The notes under the pieces were generated by a model that was given only the letters and a program-made list of their open reading frames with translations, did not search any database and was not told the origin of the DNA. This document shows, one piece after another, positions 41,276-54,774 of a stretch of DNA of 64,000 nucleotides (its first letter is position 1; the number at the start of each line of letters is the position of its first letter). The position numbers were made by a program, and so were the translations under genes. The stretch comes from Eledone cirrhosa (lineage: Eukaryota): the NCBI GenBank assembly GCA_964016885.1, contig OZ024743.1, forward strand, positions 46,624,001 to 46,688,000, written 5' to 3'.

Positions 41276-43132
41276 GCTGAATGTTCAATGTCCTGCACCA
41301 TGAAAGTATCAAGTGATTTAAGTTGTGTTTATATGTATCAGGATGTCATTGGGAAGACATGTGTCTCAAAACATTGTGTCACTTATTCACAGACCAGCTA
41401 CTGTTAACTGCACTATTGGCTGTTTAGGGATTTAATGCAGTAAGACTAAAATAGTCACTACTATATTTCTAATGTAATACATAACCCATGCCAAAATGTT
41501 CATCACACAGTCTGTGATTTTCAATTAATTTTGAAAACAATCAAGATTTTTGGAGGGATTTAATAACATAACTAACTTTCTCGTTATTAAGTTGGTTTCT
41601 GATATATAACGGTTGTTAGATAAATAGAAATATGCTAAAATAAACAGCTTTGTATTGTAGAAGCAAGGGCAATTTCAGATTGTTTGTTATCAAAATGGTT
41701 AATCAGGTAGTAGAGTAATATGTCATTCCTAATTACTGGTTTAATGATAGTATCAGATGTTAAAGGGCAAAAAAATTTAAAGGCCCAAAGTTTTTGGACT
41801 GTCTTGAAAGTAGCTAAACTATTGATTATTATTTTTGAGGACATACAATGAACGATTGTCCAGGGAAACTTTTATGTGATAATGACCTGGGTTCCAAAGG
41901 AGAATGGTCAAAGAGTTACAGAAAATGCTCGAAACTTACGAGCAAGGACATGAGTCTATCAATCAAAATGTCAATATAGTAAATAGCAAAATGCTACTAA
42001 CATGGAATCACAGTAATGGTGCCATATGAGGAATTCCCTAGCTGAATATGTTGAAATGTTACCAGGTAAGAAGTCAATATTGAATACAATAGAAGTAATG
42101 GTTTTGTGATAAAATGCACCCATGCCATTTTGTAAAGTGGTTGGCGATCAAATGGAGACAATATAGGGTAAGAGAGAACTCTTCTATCTGTCCAGGCATG
42201 ACAACATCTCTAGTGCTGGTGCCATGATAAAATGCACCCAGAACACTCTGTAAAGGGATTGGTGTTAGGAAGGGAATCCAGTCATAGAAACTATGCCAAA
42301 CATAGAAGGCAGGCATAAAATGATAATGTTTATGAAAAGAATATGATGATTTTCCATGGGTTGGATGGAGCCCAGAGCTTCTCCCAGTTTCATGGTTATT
42401 AAGCAACTGAGAGTGATGCCAGTCCATCAAAGAAATACTAGCAATGAGTAAATAAAATCAAGCTGGAATCTCTGGTAAAGTGACATTACTTGAGATAAAA
42501 TTAGATTGTAATTGAATAAATGAGTATGAATGAAATATCCATGCACAGCTCAACAGATAATTGATAGTTTCTGTTTCTTTCGTGAGTCAATTAGTGAAGT
42601 TGGCTAGTGATTAGAGTAGGAAGGGATGAAAAAAGGATTCAGGGAAGTGTTGCCTCTGATTACAATGTAGCTTTTCATATATTCATGCCAAAGGCAGATT
42701 CTAGAAAGCAATGTGTAAGTTGTGTAATGGTGAAAGATAGTACAATATGTGCACTCAATGTGGGAGATGTGGAAAACTGATGTAAATGAAGTCAAGCATG
42801 ATTCATTGGAAGTGTAATGATTAACATGCATTAGAAACAAAACAAAACAGAACCAAGAGATCTACTGGAAATGAAAGATCAGTGGTAAAATTAGGCAGGA
42901 GAGACAGAAGTATTGGTAAAGACACATTAATGGCTGGATGAAATACAGTGTGCTGTCAGTGGACACAGAAAACAGAACAGAGAAAAATGGAACAAGTGTA
43001 AAAGATGAGAAATCAAAAGCCTGCCTAAAAGATATGCAGACAAGGAAAAAGACAGTTAATTCTGGATACACTGTACAGCAGATCTGTTCAGCCCATGCAA
43101 ATATACAACAACTGTTGATGTGGTTGAAAATG

Positions 43133-43197
<65 letters not shown>

Positions 43198-43289
43198 CAT
43201 ACAAATATACACACATATATATCAATACTTTCACACATGTAAAAATATATATGCATATTAATACAGATAAATATTTATATATATATAAA

Positions 43290-43810
43290 GATAAAAACTA
43301 TAGTGATATCAAATTGAGGACCTGGTTATGAAAAATGCAGAAACAATTAGAACACAACTGATTCGGAACAGAATTAGCTTAAATGCAATGCAATTCAAGT
43401 TTGTGGCAGGAAGAAGTATTGCTGATATCTTCTTGCTAATGTCACAATTGCAAGAGAAATACTTAGCTAAGAATAAGCCACTCTACTTAGCATCTGTCAA
43501 CCTGGAGAAAACCATTAACAGGGTTCCAAGCTCAATGGTCACAAAGAAAACTAGGAGTTACTGAATAGTTCCTAAGGGTCATTCAAATTGCATATGGAAG
43601 TGCAGTCAAGAAGGTGAAAGTTGACAATGAAATCAATTTAGCATGTAGGTGATGGTTTACCAAGGCCCAGCTTAAAGCACACTCCTGTTTATTATAGTCC
43701 TCCAAATCATAACAGCAGAGTTTAATACATTGGAAATTACTATATGCTATTTTTTATAGCTGAATCTGTAGAAATTTTAGAGTAAAAATTCCACACTTGG
43801 AAGCAAAACC
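43290..43810 (+). pseudogene. Decayed RTE reverse transcriptase fragment
   Basis: QLIRNRISLNAMQFKFVAGRS...QLQEKYLAKNKPLYLASVNLEK. Confidence 0.75.
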
Positions 43811-44649
43811 TACCATGTTCCATTTTAGGATGCATTTTATCACATGGCACCACTACTAGTGGGGTTGTCAGTCCTTGGCAAGACTAAAGTGCCTACTCAA
43901 CCCTATGTTGGAAATTTGCCAACCACTTTACATAGTGTACTACTGAGTGCATTTTATTGTGGCACCAGCAGAGAGGACAATGACTCAAGATAAACTGTGT
44001 TGAAAGAAATGAGAGTATGATGAGGGACAGGGTGACTGAAGTAAGAATGAGCTGGAAGAAATAATGGAAAAGAGACAGTAAATGCAGGGAATAATGAAAG
44101 AGAGACAGTGATGGCAGCTGCATGTTTGCTTGTAACAGAGAAAGTGTGATTTATAATAGTAGAGATGGGGGATGGTAAGAGAGATTAATGGATGTGAATA
44201 ATGAATGACCCATGGAAGAGAGTGTGATGGCTAGCAATGCAGAAAAACGATGATGGATTTTATCAGATAGAAACAGATCAGATGCAATTCTTCATTTATG
44301 CAAGCATCATGATGGGAAAGATGAATTGAGTGATAACGATAAAAGTAGAGGAAAACAGTGGCATAGTATAGTGAAATGAAGAGAAGATGAGTGATAGAAA
44401 TCAAAGGTTTTCAAAGGGGCATGGGGGAGGGGTTAACTAGAACTTGATGAGTGAGATACCCAAATGTAGATATATTATACATCCCAGTTTTTATCACTAC
44501 TACCATTTTAACATTCATTTTGCTATGGTTGCATGTGTGGCTGGATCTTCTGAAGCTCTGCATGTTGCAAGCCACCACAATCTTTTATCATCTCCTTCCA
44601 AAGGTTTGGTTTCTTTATCAGCCTTCATCATTTTGTACCACATTTTCCA

Positions 44650-45295
44650 CAGTTCCCATCCATTTTGAGCAGTCAGCACTTCTTTACACAACTGAAATCC
44701 TACATATGCATTACATGCATGTACTAATGCAGTCTTCTCTCTTCAGCACACTCAACAATAGCATTTCTTTCCTCTATCTTTCTGGCATCAGTGAGGGAAA
44801 ATGCACTGCTGTTATTCCATACAAACTTCTTCCCAACAACATTACTACTCTTTTTGGCACATTGCTTTCCAATTTGGAACACTTCACTCTTCTGACCTCC
44901 ACACACCAGTTTCTCACCTTGCTAAGTAAACCCAATATTTAGCTTCACGTTTAGCTACTCCCGCCCTACACACACAATTGTTATCGTCATCATCATCATT
45001 TTTGTTTTTATGTTTGTTTTTCCATGTTTGCATAGGCTAGACAATTTTCTCCAGCACAGAATCTCTTCACTTGTTTCTTTCCTTTGTCATCTCCTTTCTT
45101 TAGTTCAATAACCTGACATCAGCCTTCACTAGTGCTGCCCATGTTTTCCTTGGTCTTCCTTCCACTTGGAACTCCTGGGACTTCTTCACCCAACAATCAT
45201 CATCTATGCACATTACATGTTCATATAAACTTATCTCCTGCAGACTACATATGATTCCTCTTGGACTTTCAACTATTCTGTGCTTTGTCATTCAT
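44650..45295 (-). pseudogene. Decayed RTE fragments (linker region and 3' end)
   Basis: QKSEVFQIGKQCAKKSSNVVGKK and DCWVKKSQEFQVEGRPRKTWA, with a (TGA)n-type tail near 44985-45000. Confidence 0.7.
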
Positions 45296-45779
45296 ATACA
45301 CACACACACACAATGACCTTCTTCACAGTTTTTATCTACCAAATTCAGTCAGCCACTTGAAAACACTTGCTCAAGATGCCATGCTGTGGGATTGAATCCA
45401 CTACCACATCTATGAGTATGTATGTGCACACAAGTGTGTGTGTTTGTCTCTTCTCTTGTATATGTATGTGTCTATCAACAGTTACATATACATTTATGTT
45501 TTATGTACCTCTATATGCATGCATATGCTAGTTTGTACACGTACACATGTATGCTATTTCTCATCTGATAAGTTCTAAATGAAAATATTCGTGAAACCAA
45601 AAGTACAACAAACAAAATGCAGAGTTCTGTATCAATTCATTGTTCCAATTCACCCAAAAACAATCAGAAACGAATAAAAGTTTTGTTAACAGTAAATACT
45701 AAAGAGTTATCATTTTGTGTTCATTTTTCCATGCTTTGCAAGAGTTAAACGAAGCTCAGAGCTTATTCTACTTTCATGG

Positions 45780-45993
45780 GTATTAAGTGATTGATAGCAC
45801 AAACTCTCCTCTACTTGAAAGAATGCCAATCTATTACAGCGCTAACCCCTAGCTGTCACTTTTACTCGTTTTCAGCTGAGAGGACTGGAGAAACATGAAA
45901 TGGAGTGCCTTGTTGAAGGATATAACAAGTCACCTGGTCTGGAAATCAAAACTCATGATCACAGCATCTTAGCCACTAGGCCACATGCTTCCA
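45780..45993 (-). mobile_element. Old tRNA-derived SINE
   Basis: Reverse strand reads ggaagcatgtggcctagtggctaag...cagctgaaaacgagta; homologous to 51525-51800. Confidence 0.7.
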
Positions 45994-46267
45994 CTAGTAA
46001 ACACTAAAGATATAAAAATACATATGTGAAACCCAAATGCCAATGATTACTGAAAATATATTATTCTTCAGATTATTATCATTTCATATTTTTGTTTGTA
46101 TCCAGTTTCGAGTAGGTACACACATACATGCATGTCATAAGAGGCAACTAAAAAGGTGGTGCCAGGAAAGGCATGTAGCTATAAAATTTTGTCTCAAAAA
46201 GGTCCTCATGATTAACCCTTTAGTACTCTATATTTACTATTGTATTTTCACAGAAAAGGCTTTATCT

Positions 46268-46775
46268 TGTAGTGACCTACATTCCGCGGGCTCACATACA
46301 TTCTCTGTGCGTGATTTGGCTCAGCTCAGCCAATCAGCGCCAGTAGAAGGAGATGTATCCCTACGCGTTCTGAGGGAGAAATAGCCCACAAAGATTTGAA
46401 GACGCCACCACTTGCAGGCTAGAGGACTTCCAGGCTTGACCATGCTAAGTAAACACTGCTTGTTCTTTTGCTCCGTAAACACAAACAATATGTAATGACA
46501 AAACATTACCTACGAGCCTGGCCAAACGCCTTCAGCCAGTCGCCCGTATTTTCTCTTGTAATCTTAATTGAATTATTTTATTTCTCTTGGCATGCCAGCT
46601 CAACCTCTGTTAATAAATAATGTAAAACCAAGCTAAAGTCGTTGTTGATATTCCTATCATATCTCTCTACCAAACCTGGTTCCTCGTGGCAACATTACAA
46701 CTCTCTAAAATACTTCTCCGTTAAATTGGAATTTACATCTTCAACCCAATTGGTGACAACACATTCTACACCAAA
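46268..46775 (+). mobile_element. Candidate solo LTR (~508 bp) inserted into a family-1 MITE
   Basis: Interrupts the MITE body; flanked by 4-bp atct; starts TGTAG with CTACA just before the end; contains CCAAT (agccaatcag) and AATAAA. Confidence 0.5.
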
Positions 46776-48603
46776 ATCTCATAGTTATTTCACATAATAT
46801 CAAATCTAAGAGATTTTAATATTTATTTTGAGAACAATACCTTAACATCGGTATGGGTGGCCAGTTATGACTGGTTTGAACTGAAAGAGGTGAGTGAATT
46901 CTTGTCCGGTTATGGCTGGTTTAAATGCTAAAGGGTTAATATGAATTCTATCGTGGGGTATGCAAGGCTAACCCCTGCTTTAACAGAGAAAATGGCCTCA
47001 AAAAAGCTTCTTGTTATATTCACTATATATGCAACACAAAAGGATAAAACAGTTAAGTAGAAACCATGGAATAACTTCAATGTGTGCAGATAAACACACC
47101 CAAAGTTAGACATCCTAAAATGATAACATAAGTAATATATTGTATATAAAGAAGATTAACCGAAACTACAGTAACATAAGTTTATATTCATAATATTAGT
47201 ATAAATACAAAGGTATTGATAAAACTATTATTGTAACTAAATACATCAAGGAAAAAAAATGTATCTAATAAAAAATATATAGAGGATATGTTTAGCAGAA
47301 ATCACTATAAAAAATAAGAAAATCAAGCATTGACTATATATACAAGGCCATCTTCTCTGCTAAAGCTTGGATTAGCTTTGAGACACATGAGAGGCTCCTG
47401 CACACCCCTAATCAACCCCTGGGTTTCATTTCCTCCTCCATCATTCTGAACTAAATCTTTTTTTATCTTCCCCTGCCTCTACTTCCTTCCACATTCATTT
47501 CCATCACTCCTCACCCAGTCAGTTTCAACTTTCCTCAATACATGACCCAACCATCTCATTCCATTTCTCTACAGTACTACTAGTCTATAATGTTATTCTT
47601 CTATAGTATCACTAGTCTATTGTACCACTAATTTAAAGGACCATTGGTAATACAATTTATTTGGTAATAAAAAGAGTTCCTATAACTTGGAAAATTACAT
47701 GTGAATAATAAATTTTCAACAAAACAAGTAAAAAAAATAAAATAAATATATCAGATGAATTTCAAACATTCAGATATCTTAGTATACCTAATGAGTTACA
47801 GCTATGAGTTACTCATTAACCCTCAACAACAACTCAAAACACCTAAATATATCAGCTATCACATATCTTTATATATTTCTCATATGTTACAATGTACAAG
47901 TCATTCCACAACCACCGAAATGAGACATATCAGTTAAATTTCCACCAGTCAAATATCTTGGTATATTTCTAGTGTAGTACATACAGCTATGGGTCATATA
48001 TAAAGATTTCATTGGCTGCACAATGCCACATGTTCATTCAAGCAGAGTTAACAAGACCCTACTCAACAAAAAACAATAACTAAATGATATATAAAAAAAG
48101 AATAAAAATATAACTTAAATCTATCAATATTTTTTCCTTCCAAACATCAGTTTAGTTTTGACAGGCTGTGATAAACTGCCTGAGGGTTTAGTTTTGTTAC
48201 AAAACAAGCTCTACACTAAATACTGTCAAATTCCCAGATATCTTGGAGGAAAGATTTGCTTTGTAAGAAGAATATACAGCTACAGAAGATAACAAAAGCA
48301 TCCACATAATTCACAATAAAAAACATCTATTTACATAACATAACTAAAGCAGTGATTGGCAGAGAAGATTTACAAAAAGCACGACTGTGTTTGATATACA
48401 AGTTAGTGTTAGATATACACATACACACAACAAAAAGCAATACACAACATTTAATCGATGTTAAAATCCAAGCATGCTTCTGTAAATATTTAGCAGACTT
48501 AACACAGTTTTACAAGCATACTGTGTTATCGTACAACACATCTAAAGTTTTGTTTTAGAGTACAATTTTTAATGACCAAATATGATTTATAAAGCTTTCC
48601 TAC

Positions 48604-49129
48604 CTGCATAGTTTCAGGATCCACTGATTGTGACCTTGGGGAGAGAAGATCACCTTGATTTGATCTCGGAGACATTCCCGGATGAACAGGATGTCGTAAA
48701 ACTGATGCTGAAAATCTCATTTGCTCAGTTGCATTGGGGAAATTTACCTTCTGTGATGATTGTGGAATTGGACCAGGTGATAGTAATGGCTTTTGTCCAT
48801 AAGGACTATCTGGACCTGAAATCGCAGCTAAAGGACTATGTGCTGTTTTGAGAGCAGGTGTTATTGGTCTCGAGCCTGTTCCAGGAACAGAGAATGGATC
48901 TTGACTCGATTGGCTGTTAGCATCAGAAGAAAAAGAATCCATTGAATGATTTGGTGAGGGATGAGATGATGTTGGTAAATTCTGCCAACTGCTATAATGT
49001 GGATGTTGGAGTTCGTGAGGTGAATGTTGCTTAGATAACTGAGATTGCTGTTGCTGAACTAATGCCTGCTGCTGGGCTATCACTTGCTGGGCAAGAGCTT
49101 GCTTCTGGGCTTGGAGGACCTGCTGCTGT

Positions 49130-49161
<32 letters not shown>

Positions 49162-50092
49162 CACAAGTGCTTGTTGGTGCTGCTGAGGAGATAATCCAGG
49201 ATGTTGTTGAGCTAAAACTTGCTGAGCAGCAAGTACTTGCTGCTGCTTCTGGTGCTGAACCAAAGCTTGTTGTTGTAACAGACTTTGGTGTTGCTGATGG
49301 GTTAAAGGATGACCTTGCTGCTGCACAATTACCTGCTGCTGTTGCACTAAAGCCTGTTGTTGTTGAGGACTTAGAGAAATTTGTTGTGTTAAAGCTTGTT
49401 GTTGTGCGATTGCCTTGTGCTGCTGAGCCATAGCTTGTTGTGCCAATGCAGCCTGTTGAGAAATAACTTGGTGCTGATTTAAAGGTGATAATTGTTGTTG
49501 TTGCTGTTGTTGTTGAACCAAAGCTTGCTGTTGGGCAATGGCTTGTCTTTGCTGGGCAATTTTAGCAAATTCTTGTTGTTTTTGTAATAAAACTTGTTGT
49601 TGTGGAGTAAGATTTTGTTGCTGTGCTAAAACTTGGTGTGTTGTCAACGACTGTTGCTGAGAGAGAGACTGCTGTTGAGTAAGAATCTGTTGATGTGCTA
49701 AAACTTGCTGTTGAGGATTACTCAAAGCTTGCTTTTGCTGATGTGCAAGAGCTTGCTGTTGTTGATGTTGTGCTAAAGCATGCTGTTGGGCTAAAACCTG
49801 CTGTTTCTGTTGCTGTTGAACTAAAGCTTGTTTCTGCAAATGCTGCTGCTGAGCTAAGGACTGTGTTTGTTGTTGAACAGATTGTTGCTGTTGAACTAAA
49901 GCCTGCTGTTGCTGATGGGCAGCAGCCTGAGCTAGAACTTGCTGCTGCTGTTGTTCTAAAGCTTGCTGCTTTTGTGCCATAGTTTGTTCCTGTTGTTGGC
50001 TTATGGTTTGTTGCTGATGTTCCAAGCCTTGATGTTGTTGCTGTTGTGCCAAACTTTGTTGTTGTTGCGCCAAACTTTGCTGCTGTTGTTGA

Positions 50093-50128
<36 letters not shown>

Positions 50129-50815
50129 ACCAAACTTTGCTGTTGTTGCTGTACCAAAGCAGCCTGCTGCTGTTGCACTAGAACTTGCTGTTGACTTAAA
50201 GTTTGCTGTTGCGTTAAACTTTGATGTTGTTGAGCTAAAGCTTGCTGCTGTTGCTTCTGTTGGTGCTGTGCAAGGGCTTGCTGTTGGGCTAACACTTGCT
50301 GCTGAGCTAAAACCTGCTGCTGCTGTTTTGTCAGAGATTGCTGACGTTGCTGAGCCAAAGTTTGCTGATGTTCTTCATCTAAAATTTGTTTGTCTTTCGT
50401 TAACTGTTTCTCTAAGGACTGTAACTGTTCTTGTGACAGCTGTTGTGCTTGTTGTACTTGTTCATCTTTAGATAATTTCTGTTGCTGATCTTGTGGTGGT
50501 GGATGTGCTGCTGCTGTATTAGCTTCTTGGTTGGCTTGCTGTTCTTGCATGGATTGTTGTTGATTTTGCCCCTGGTTCAATGCTTGTTGTTGTAAAATAG
50601 CTTGTTGTTGCGACAATGCTTGTTGTTGTTGGAGAAGGGCTAACTGCTGCTGAGGGTTTCCAGATTGTTGTATTTGTTTCAGTTGAGCTAAAATTTGCTT
50701 TTGTTGCTTCATTAACTGTTGTTGTTGTAACTGAGCATTTATAGGTAAGGAATGATGCGGCTGTTGCTGCTGCTGCTGTTGTTGTTGTTGTTGTTGTTGT
50801 TGATGCTGCTGCTGC

Positions 50816-50846
<31 letters not shown>

Positions 50847-50866
50847 GCTGCTGCTGCTGATGCTGA

Positions 50867-50901
<35 letters not shown>

Positions 50902-51443
50902 TTGTTGCTGCTGTTGTTGCTGCTGTTGTTGAGAAAGAGCCTGAGTCAAGGCAGCAGAATTTTGAGATAATTTTAGTTGCTGTTGAATTAACCCTGGCTG
51001 TTGTGGTAATAAACCTTGTTTTAATTGCAAAATAGCTTGTTGACTTAATTGGTGAGAAATGTTTTGTTGCTGGCGTTGAGGGATGTCTTGATGAGATAGG
51101 GTTTGCTGTAAAACAAATCCTTCTGGAGTTTTTTGTGCAGTAGACAAATAACCAGTCTGTTCTTTTTCATTAAACTGACTACTGGGATCCACTGAAGGTA
51201 TCTGTTTCTGTACAAATGCATCGTTTTGAGGACTTGCTAATTCAGTGGGCTGATTCGTTTTATTCATAAGCTGATTTTCTGATGAATTGAGACTTAAATT
51301 TGTAATTAACTTATTCTGGTTACTAAGAGGAGTAGAACAAGTACTGGACCCAGTTCCTTGATCATGGGAAGAGTGCTGTGTTTGACCTGAACCACTGAAT
51401 GGTGACATCTGATTTTCCCCAAGCGGAGAAGTATTTTTCGGAC
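48604..51443 (-). CDS. KMT2C/D: KMT2C/D giant glutamine-rich exon (~946 aa)
   Basis: Stop-free 2840-nt frame; acceptor ttttcttcttttag|, donor CAG|gtagga; phase 1 to phase 0; mixed CAA/CAG codon usage. Confidence 0.9.
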
Positions 51444-51524
51444 CTAAAAGAAGAAAAATAAATTGTCTTGTTTATCTTAACCATTTTTTACCATATTTAT
51501 TTATAATGAATACATTGCATATAT

Positions 51525-51800
51525 GGGAAGGTGTGTGGCCTAGTGGTTAAGGTGTTGAATTTACAATCATGTTGTGGGTTCGATTCCTAAACCATTTTGT
51601 GCCTTGCATTCTTGAACAAAGCACATCATTTCACATTGCTCCATTACATGCAGCTGAAAATGAGTACCAGCAGAAGCTGGAGGTTAACCCTGCAATGAGC
51701 TGGCATCCTATTTAGGGTGAAGTCTTGTACTCTCATTCACTTAACACCAATGAAAAATGAAACCAGGGCTAAATACTGGCCTTGGAACAGGTTTTAACCT
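51525..51800 (+). mobile_element. tRNA-derived SINE
   Basis: Box A tggcctagtgg and box B gggttcgattcc; core catttcacattgctcca...cagctgaaaatgagtaccagc. Confidence 0.8.
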
Positions 51801-52239
51801 TTTTTTTTAACACAGCATATGTGTTTCTATTAATTTTGAGAATAATCAATAGGATTTTTTTCTTCTTTCCTACTTCAATATTCCCACCTATGCCCTGGCT
51901 ATACACTATAGCATTTAATGTTGGTCTTCTCTATGTACAGTAATTTTTATAGACAGGCAAAAGAGAAAATAAATAGATAAGCCTGATTCCAATACAAGAT
52001 GCAGCCAGATGAAACGATCAAGCAAAAACTTCAAATTTGCTGCCACTTTTCTACTCAGAAAATCCATATTTACACTAAACTTACACATATTGAGTGCTTA
52101 TACAGTGTATGTTCGAATATTCTAAGTACAATAGTTTTTTAAACTAAACATCCATTCTAGTAGATAAATAGGTAGATAGAGAGATTGATAAAATTCATAG
52201 TATTAATCGTTTCTGACATAGGCAAAAATGTAGACTTAC

Positions 52240-52561
52240 TGTTTTGATGTGGAAATGACTGCTGTAGATGTTCGAGGCGGGAGACCTGAGCTTGAGGTGA
52301 TGGACTTTGTTGTGGTGAGACTGGTTGTGGAGACTGAAGAAGGTTAGAGGATGGTGATGGAACTGAGGCATAATGTGTTAAAGGTTGATTTCCAATTTCA
52401 TGTTCACCTGTCGGTGTCCCTGGATGATTAGGAGATGATAAACCTGTCAAACAACCTGGATGTGTTGGAGGTGGAGGTGGGGGAGGTGGTGGCATCATAG
52501 CTGCTGCTGCTGCCTGTTGAGCAGCCACTTGGCGTGCTTCCATCTGTTTACGCTTTATTTC
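52240..52561 (-). CDS. KMT2C/D: KMT2C/D exon, Ala/Pro/Ser-rich (EIKRKQMEARQVAAQQ...FPHQN)
   Basis: Acceptor ttttatcatcttcag| and donor |gtaagt; 322 nt; phase 0 to phase 1. Confidence 0.85.
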
Positions 52562-53145
52562 CTGAAGATGATAAAATAATAAAACATCATATTGTTAAAG
52601 ATGAAGCTTTTAATTAGAAAAGAATATTGTCAGAAATTGACAAAACTAAATTGACAAAACTAAAAAACATCATTTGCAAAAAGATAATGATGGTCTCTAG
52701 TTGAAATCTTCACTACTAAATGTTTTTCCCAACAATTTTTTGGAAGAATAATATCTAAAGTTTGACAAATTATATAATCAGAAAAATACAGTTGGTTAAT
52801 TAACCTTTTCGTCCCTATATTTTTAATGAAAGACACTGCCCATGTCATAAGAGATGATTAAACAGGTTGGTAGAAGAAGGGACATCCAGTGGTGAAACCT
52901 GACTCAAACAAGGACTTCATGTGGGCCAATACAGCTAAACTCTGCTCTAACAGGAAGAAGTTAGGATATAATCACAAGATATCTTTCATGTTTCATTACT
53001 TGGAGATTACCATATCTATTTCATTTGTAAATTTAAAGAATGCAACTATACAAATAATTTTAGCCGAAAACATATTGTCAAAATGCAGAAAGAAACAATT
53101 ATTTCTATCAAGAAGTAACCTTTAAAATATATAATAGATGCTTAC

Positions 53146-53196
53146 TCTGTGTTCTCTTTGAATTTTGCTACTGGCTCTATTCTTTCGTGCTTTCAG
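53146..53196 (-). CDS. KMT2C/D: KMT2C/D exon ending the HMG box (LKARKNRASSKIQREHR); not in the ORF track
   Basis: 51-nt phase 0 exon; acceptor catttttttcag|, donor |gtaagc; resembles KMT2C VQKARDNRAALRINK. Confidence 0.88.
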
Positions 53197-53421
53197 CTGA
53201 AAAAAATGTAATTTAAATATAGAAATACAATAGTAAATAATAGACATCTGTGTGTGGATACATACACAGTTTATTATGTAGTGTACAATGAAAAACAAAA
53301 TACTTAACCTATATAGTACAGGTTATAGAAGAAAGGAAATTAGAAAGAGGGAGGGGGGCACAATGAAAGAGTTGAATTTTACAAGTCATTACTATTTCAA
53401 ATTGAAATTTTTTTCAATACT

Positions 53422-53747
53422 ATATTCTTTTAGTGGTTTCAGCCATTAATTTGCAGCTATATTCTAGCACCGCCTTGAAGGAATTTAGTCAATCATATCA
53501 AACCCAGTACTTATTTTTCTTCATCTCTTTTTATCTAAGTTCTAAGTTATGATACATAAACAAATAGTAAATAAAAATACAGACATATATACTACAGGCT
53601 TCTACAGTTTCCATCTACCAAATTTCCTTCACAAGGCAGTGGTCAACTCACAACTATAGTAGAGGTGCTTAAGGCGCCGCACAGTGGGACTGAACCTGAA
53701 ACCACATGGTTGTGAAGTGAACTTAACCAAACAGTTATGCCCGCACC
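53422..53747 (-). mobile_element. tRNA-derived SINE carrying a CR1-group LINE tail
   Basis: Head ggtgcgggcataactgtttggttaag...ggttcagtcccactg; tail aaggcggtgctagaatatagctgc...ggctgaaaccactaaaagaata resembles the LINE 3' end at 23741-23805. Confidence 0.75.
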
Positions 53748-53928
53748 TAGTGTATCAAAACCCTCATTAAGTCAGCTTTTTTTTAGCTTTACCATGATTA
53801 TTAATTTCAAATAATTCTAATTACATTTAGAATCATATCTACCTGTACAATAAATAATGATAATTTCTGTTTTTAATTCAAGAAATCAATTTAATCATTT
53901 TGAATATATAAATAGTTGAAATATTTAC

Positions 53929-54002
53929 CAAATATGGAGATTTTTGAATTGGTGTCAATTTCTTCCAGATTTTATTGATTTGCTTCACTCTTTCTGTCCA
54001 TT
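53929..54002 (-). CDS. KMT2C/D: KMT2C/D HMG-box exon (EWTERVKQINKIWKKLTPIQKSPYL)
   Basis: Resembles KMT2C DWTTRVKQIAKLWRKASSQERAPY; acceptor tttttttaaag|, donor |gtaaat; phase 1 to phase 0. Confidence 0.92.
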
Positions 54003-54509
54003 CTTTAAAAAAATAAATGAAGAGAGCAAGTATTATTTCAATGAATTTATTTGGTGTTGTAAAAATTCCAATTATACACATATGTACCAGTGAATGACGT
54101 CAAATAAGATATTTTAATGATAATTTCAGATATTAAATGGTGGTGGTGAAGGTAATGACAATGTAGTGGTGGTGGTGCACAGCCCCATGATGTGAACTGG
54201 GTTTAAGTTTGAGATTTATTTATTATTAAATTTGAGAAACACAACTACTTATGATTAAATGGATTGAGAGGACATGCCAATCTTGCCAAGTGCATGATAT
54301 CTCTCATGCTCCTGTCATAATAAAATGCACTCAGTACATTCTATAAAGTGTTAGTGGTGAGCCAGTACATTCTGTAAAGTAGCTGGCATTAAACAGGGCA
54401 TCTAGTAATAAAAACCGAGCAAGACGTGGTTCTCTGGTCAATCTAGCCACAGCCTGTGACAACCACTCCAGCATGGGGTGCCATCGCCGTGGTGGTGGTG
54501 GTGGTGTTC

Positions 54510-54540
<31 letters not shown>

Positions 54541-54559
54541 GCATATCATGAAAACTCAC

Positions 54560-54774
54560 CAGGAATCCGTGATTTTAATTCTGGATAGTTTACATTTGAA
54601 TACAAAACTGGAGATATAGTGGCATTCTGGCCAAGAGCTTCATCAGTTTCCCATTTCAATATATTTCGGCGGCTGGATCCCTCAGGTTGATCATCATCTA
54701 TTACACCAGGCCAAGGAGCAGGACTTACTGGTGCTTCATAGTTCATAATAGGCTGAGGTGTAGCTGGAGATACA
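54560..54774 (-). CDS. KMT2C/D: KMT2C/D exon with the conserved pre-HMG/HMG segment (RRNILKWETDEALGQNATISPVLYSNVNYPELK)
   Basis: Recognisably similar to the vertebrate KMT2C segment LKWEKEEALGEMATVAPVLYTNINFPNLK (recalled, not searched); acceptor atatccag|, donor |gtgagt; phase 2 to phase 1. Confidence 0.92.
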
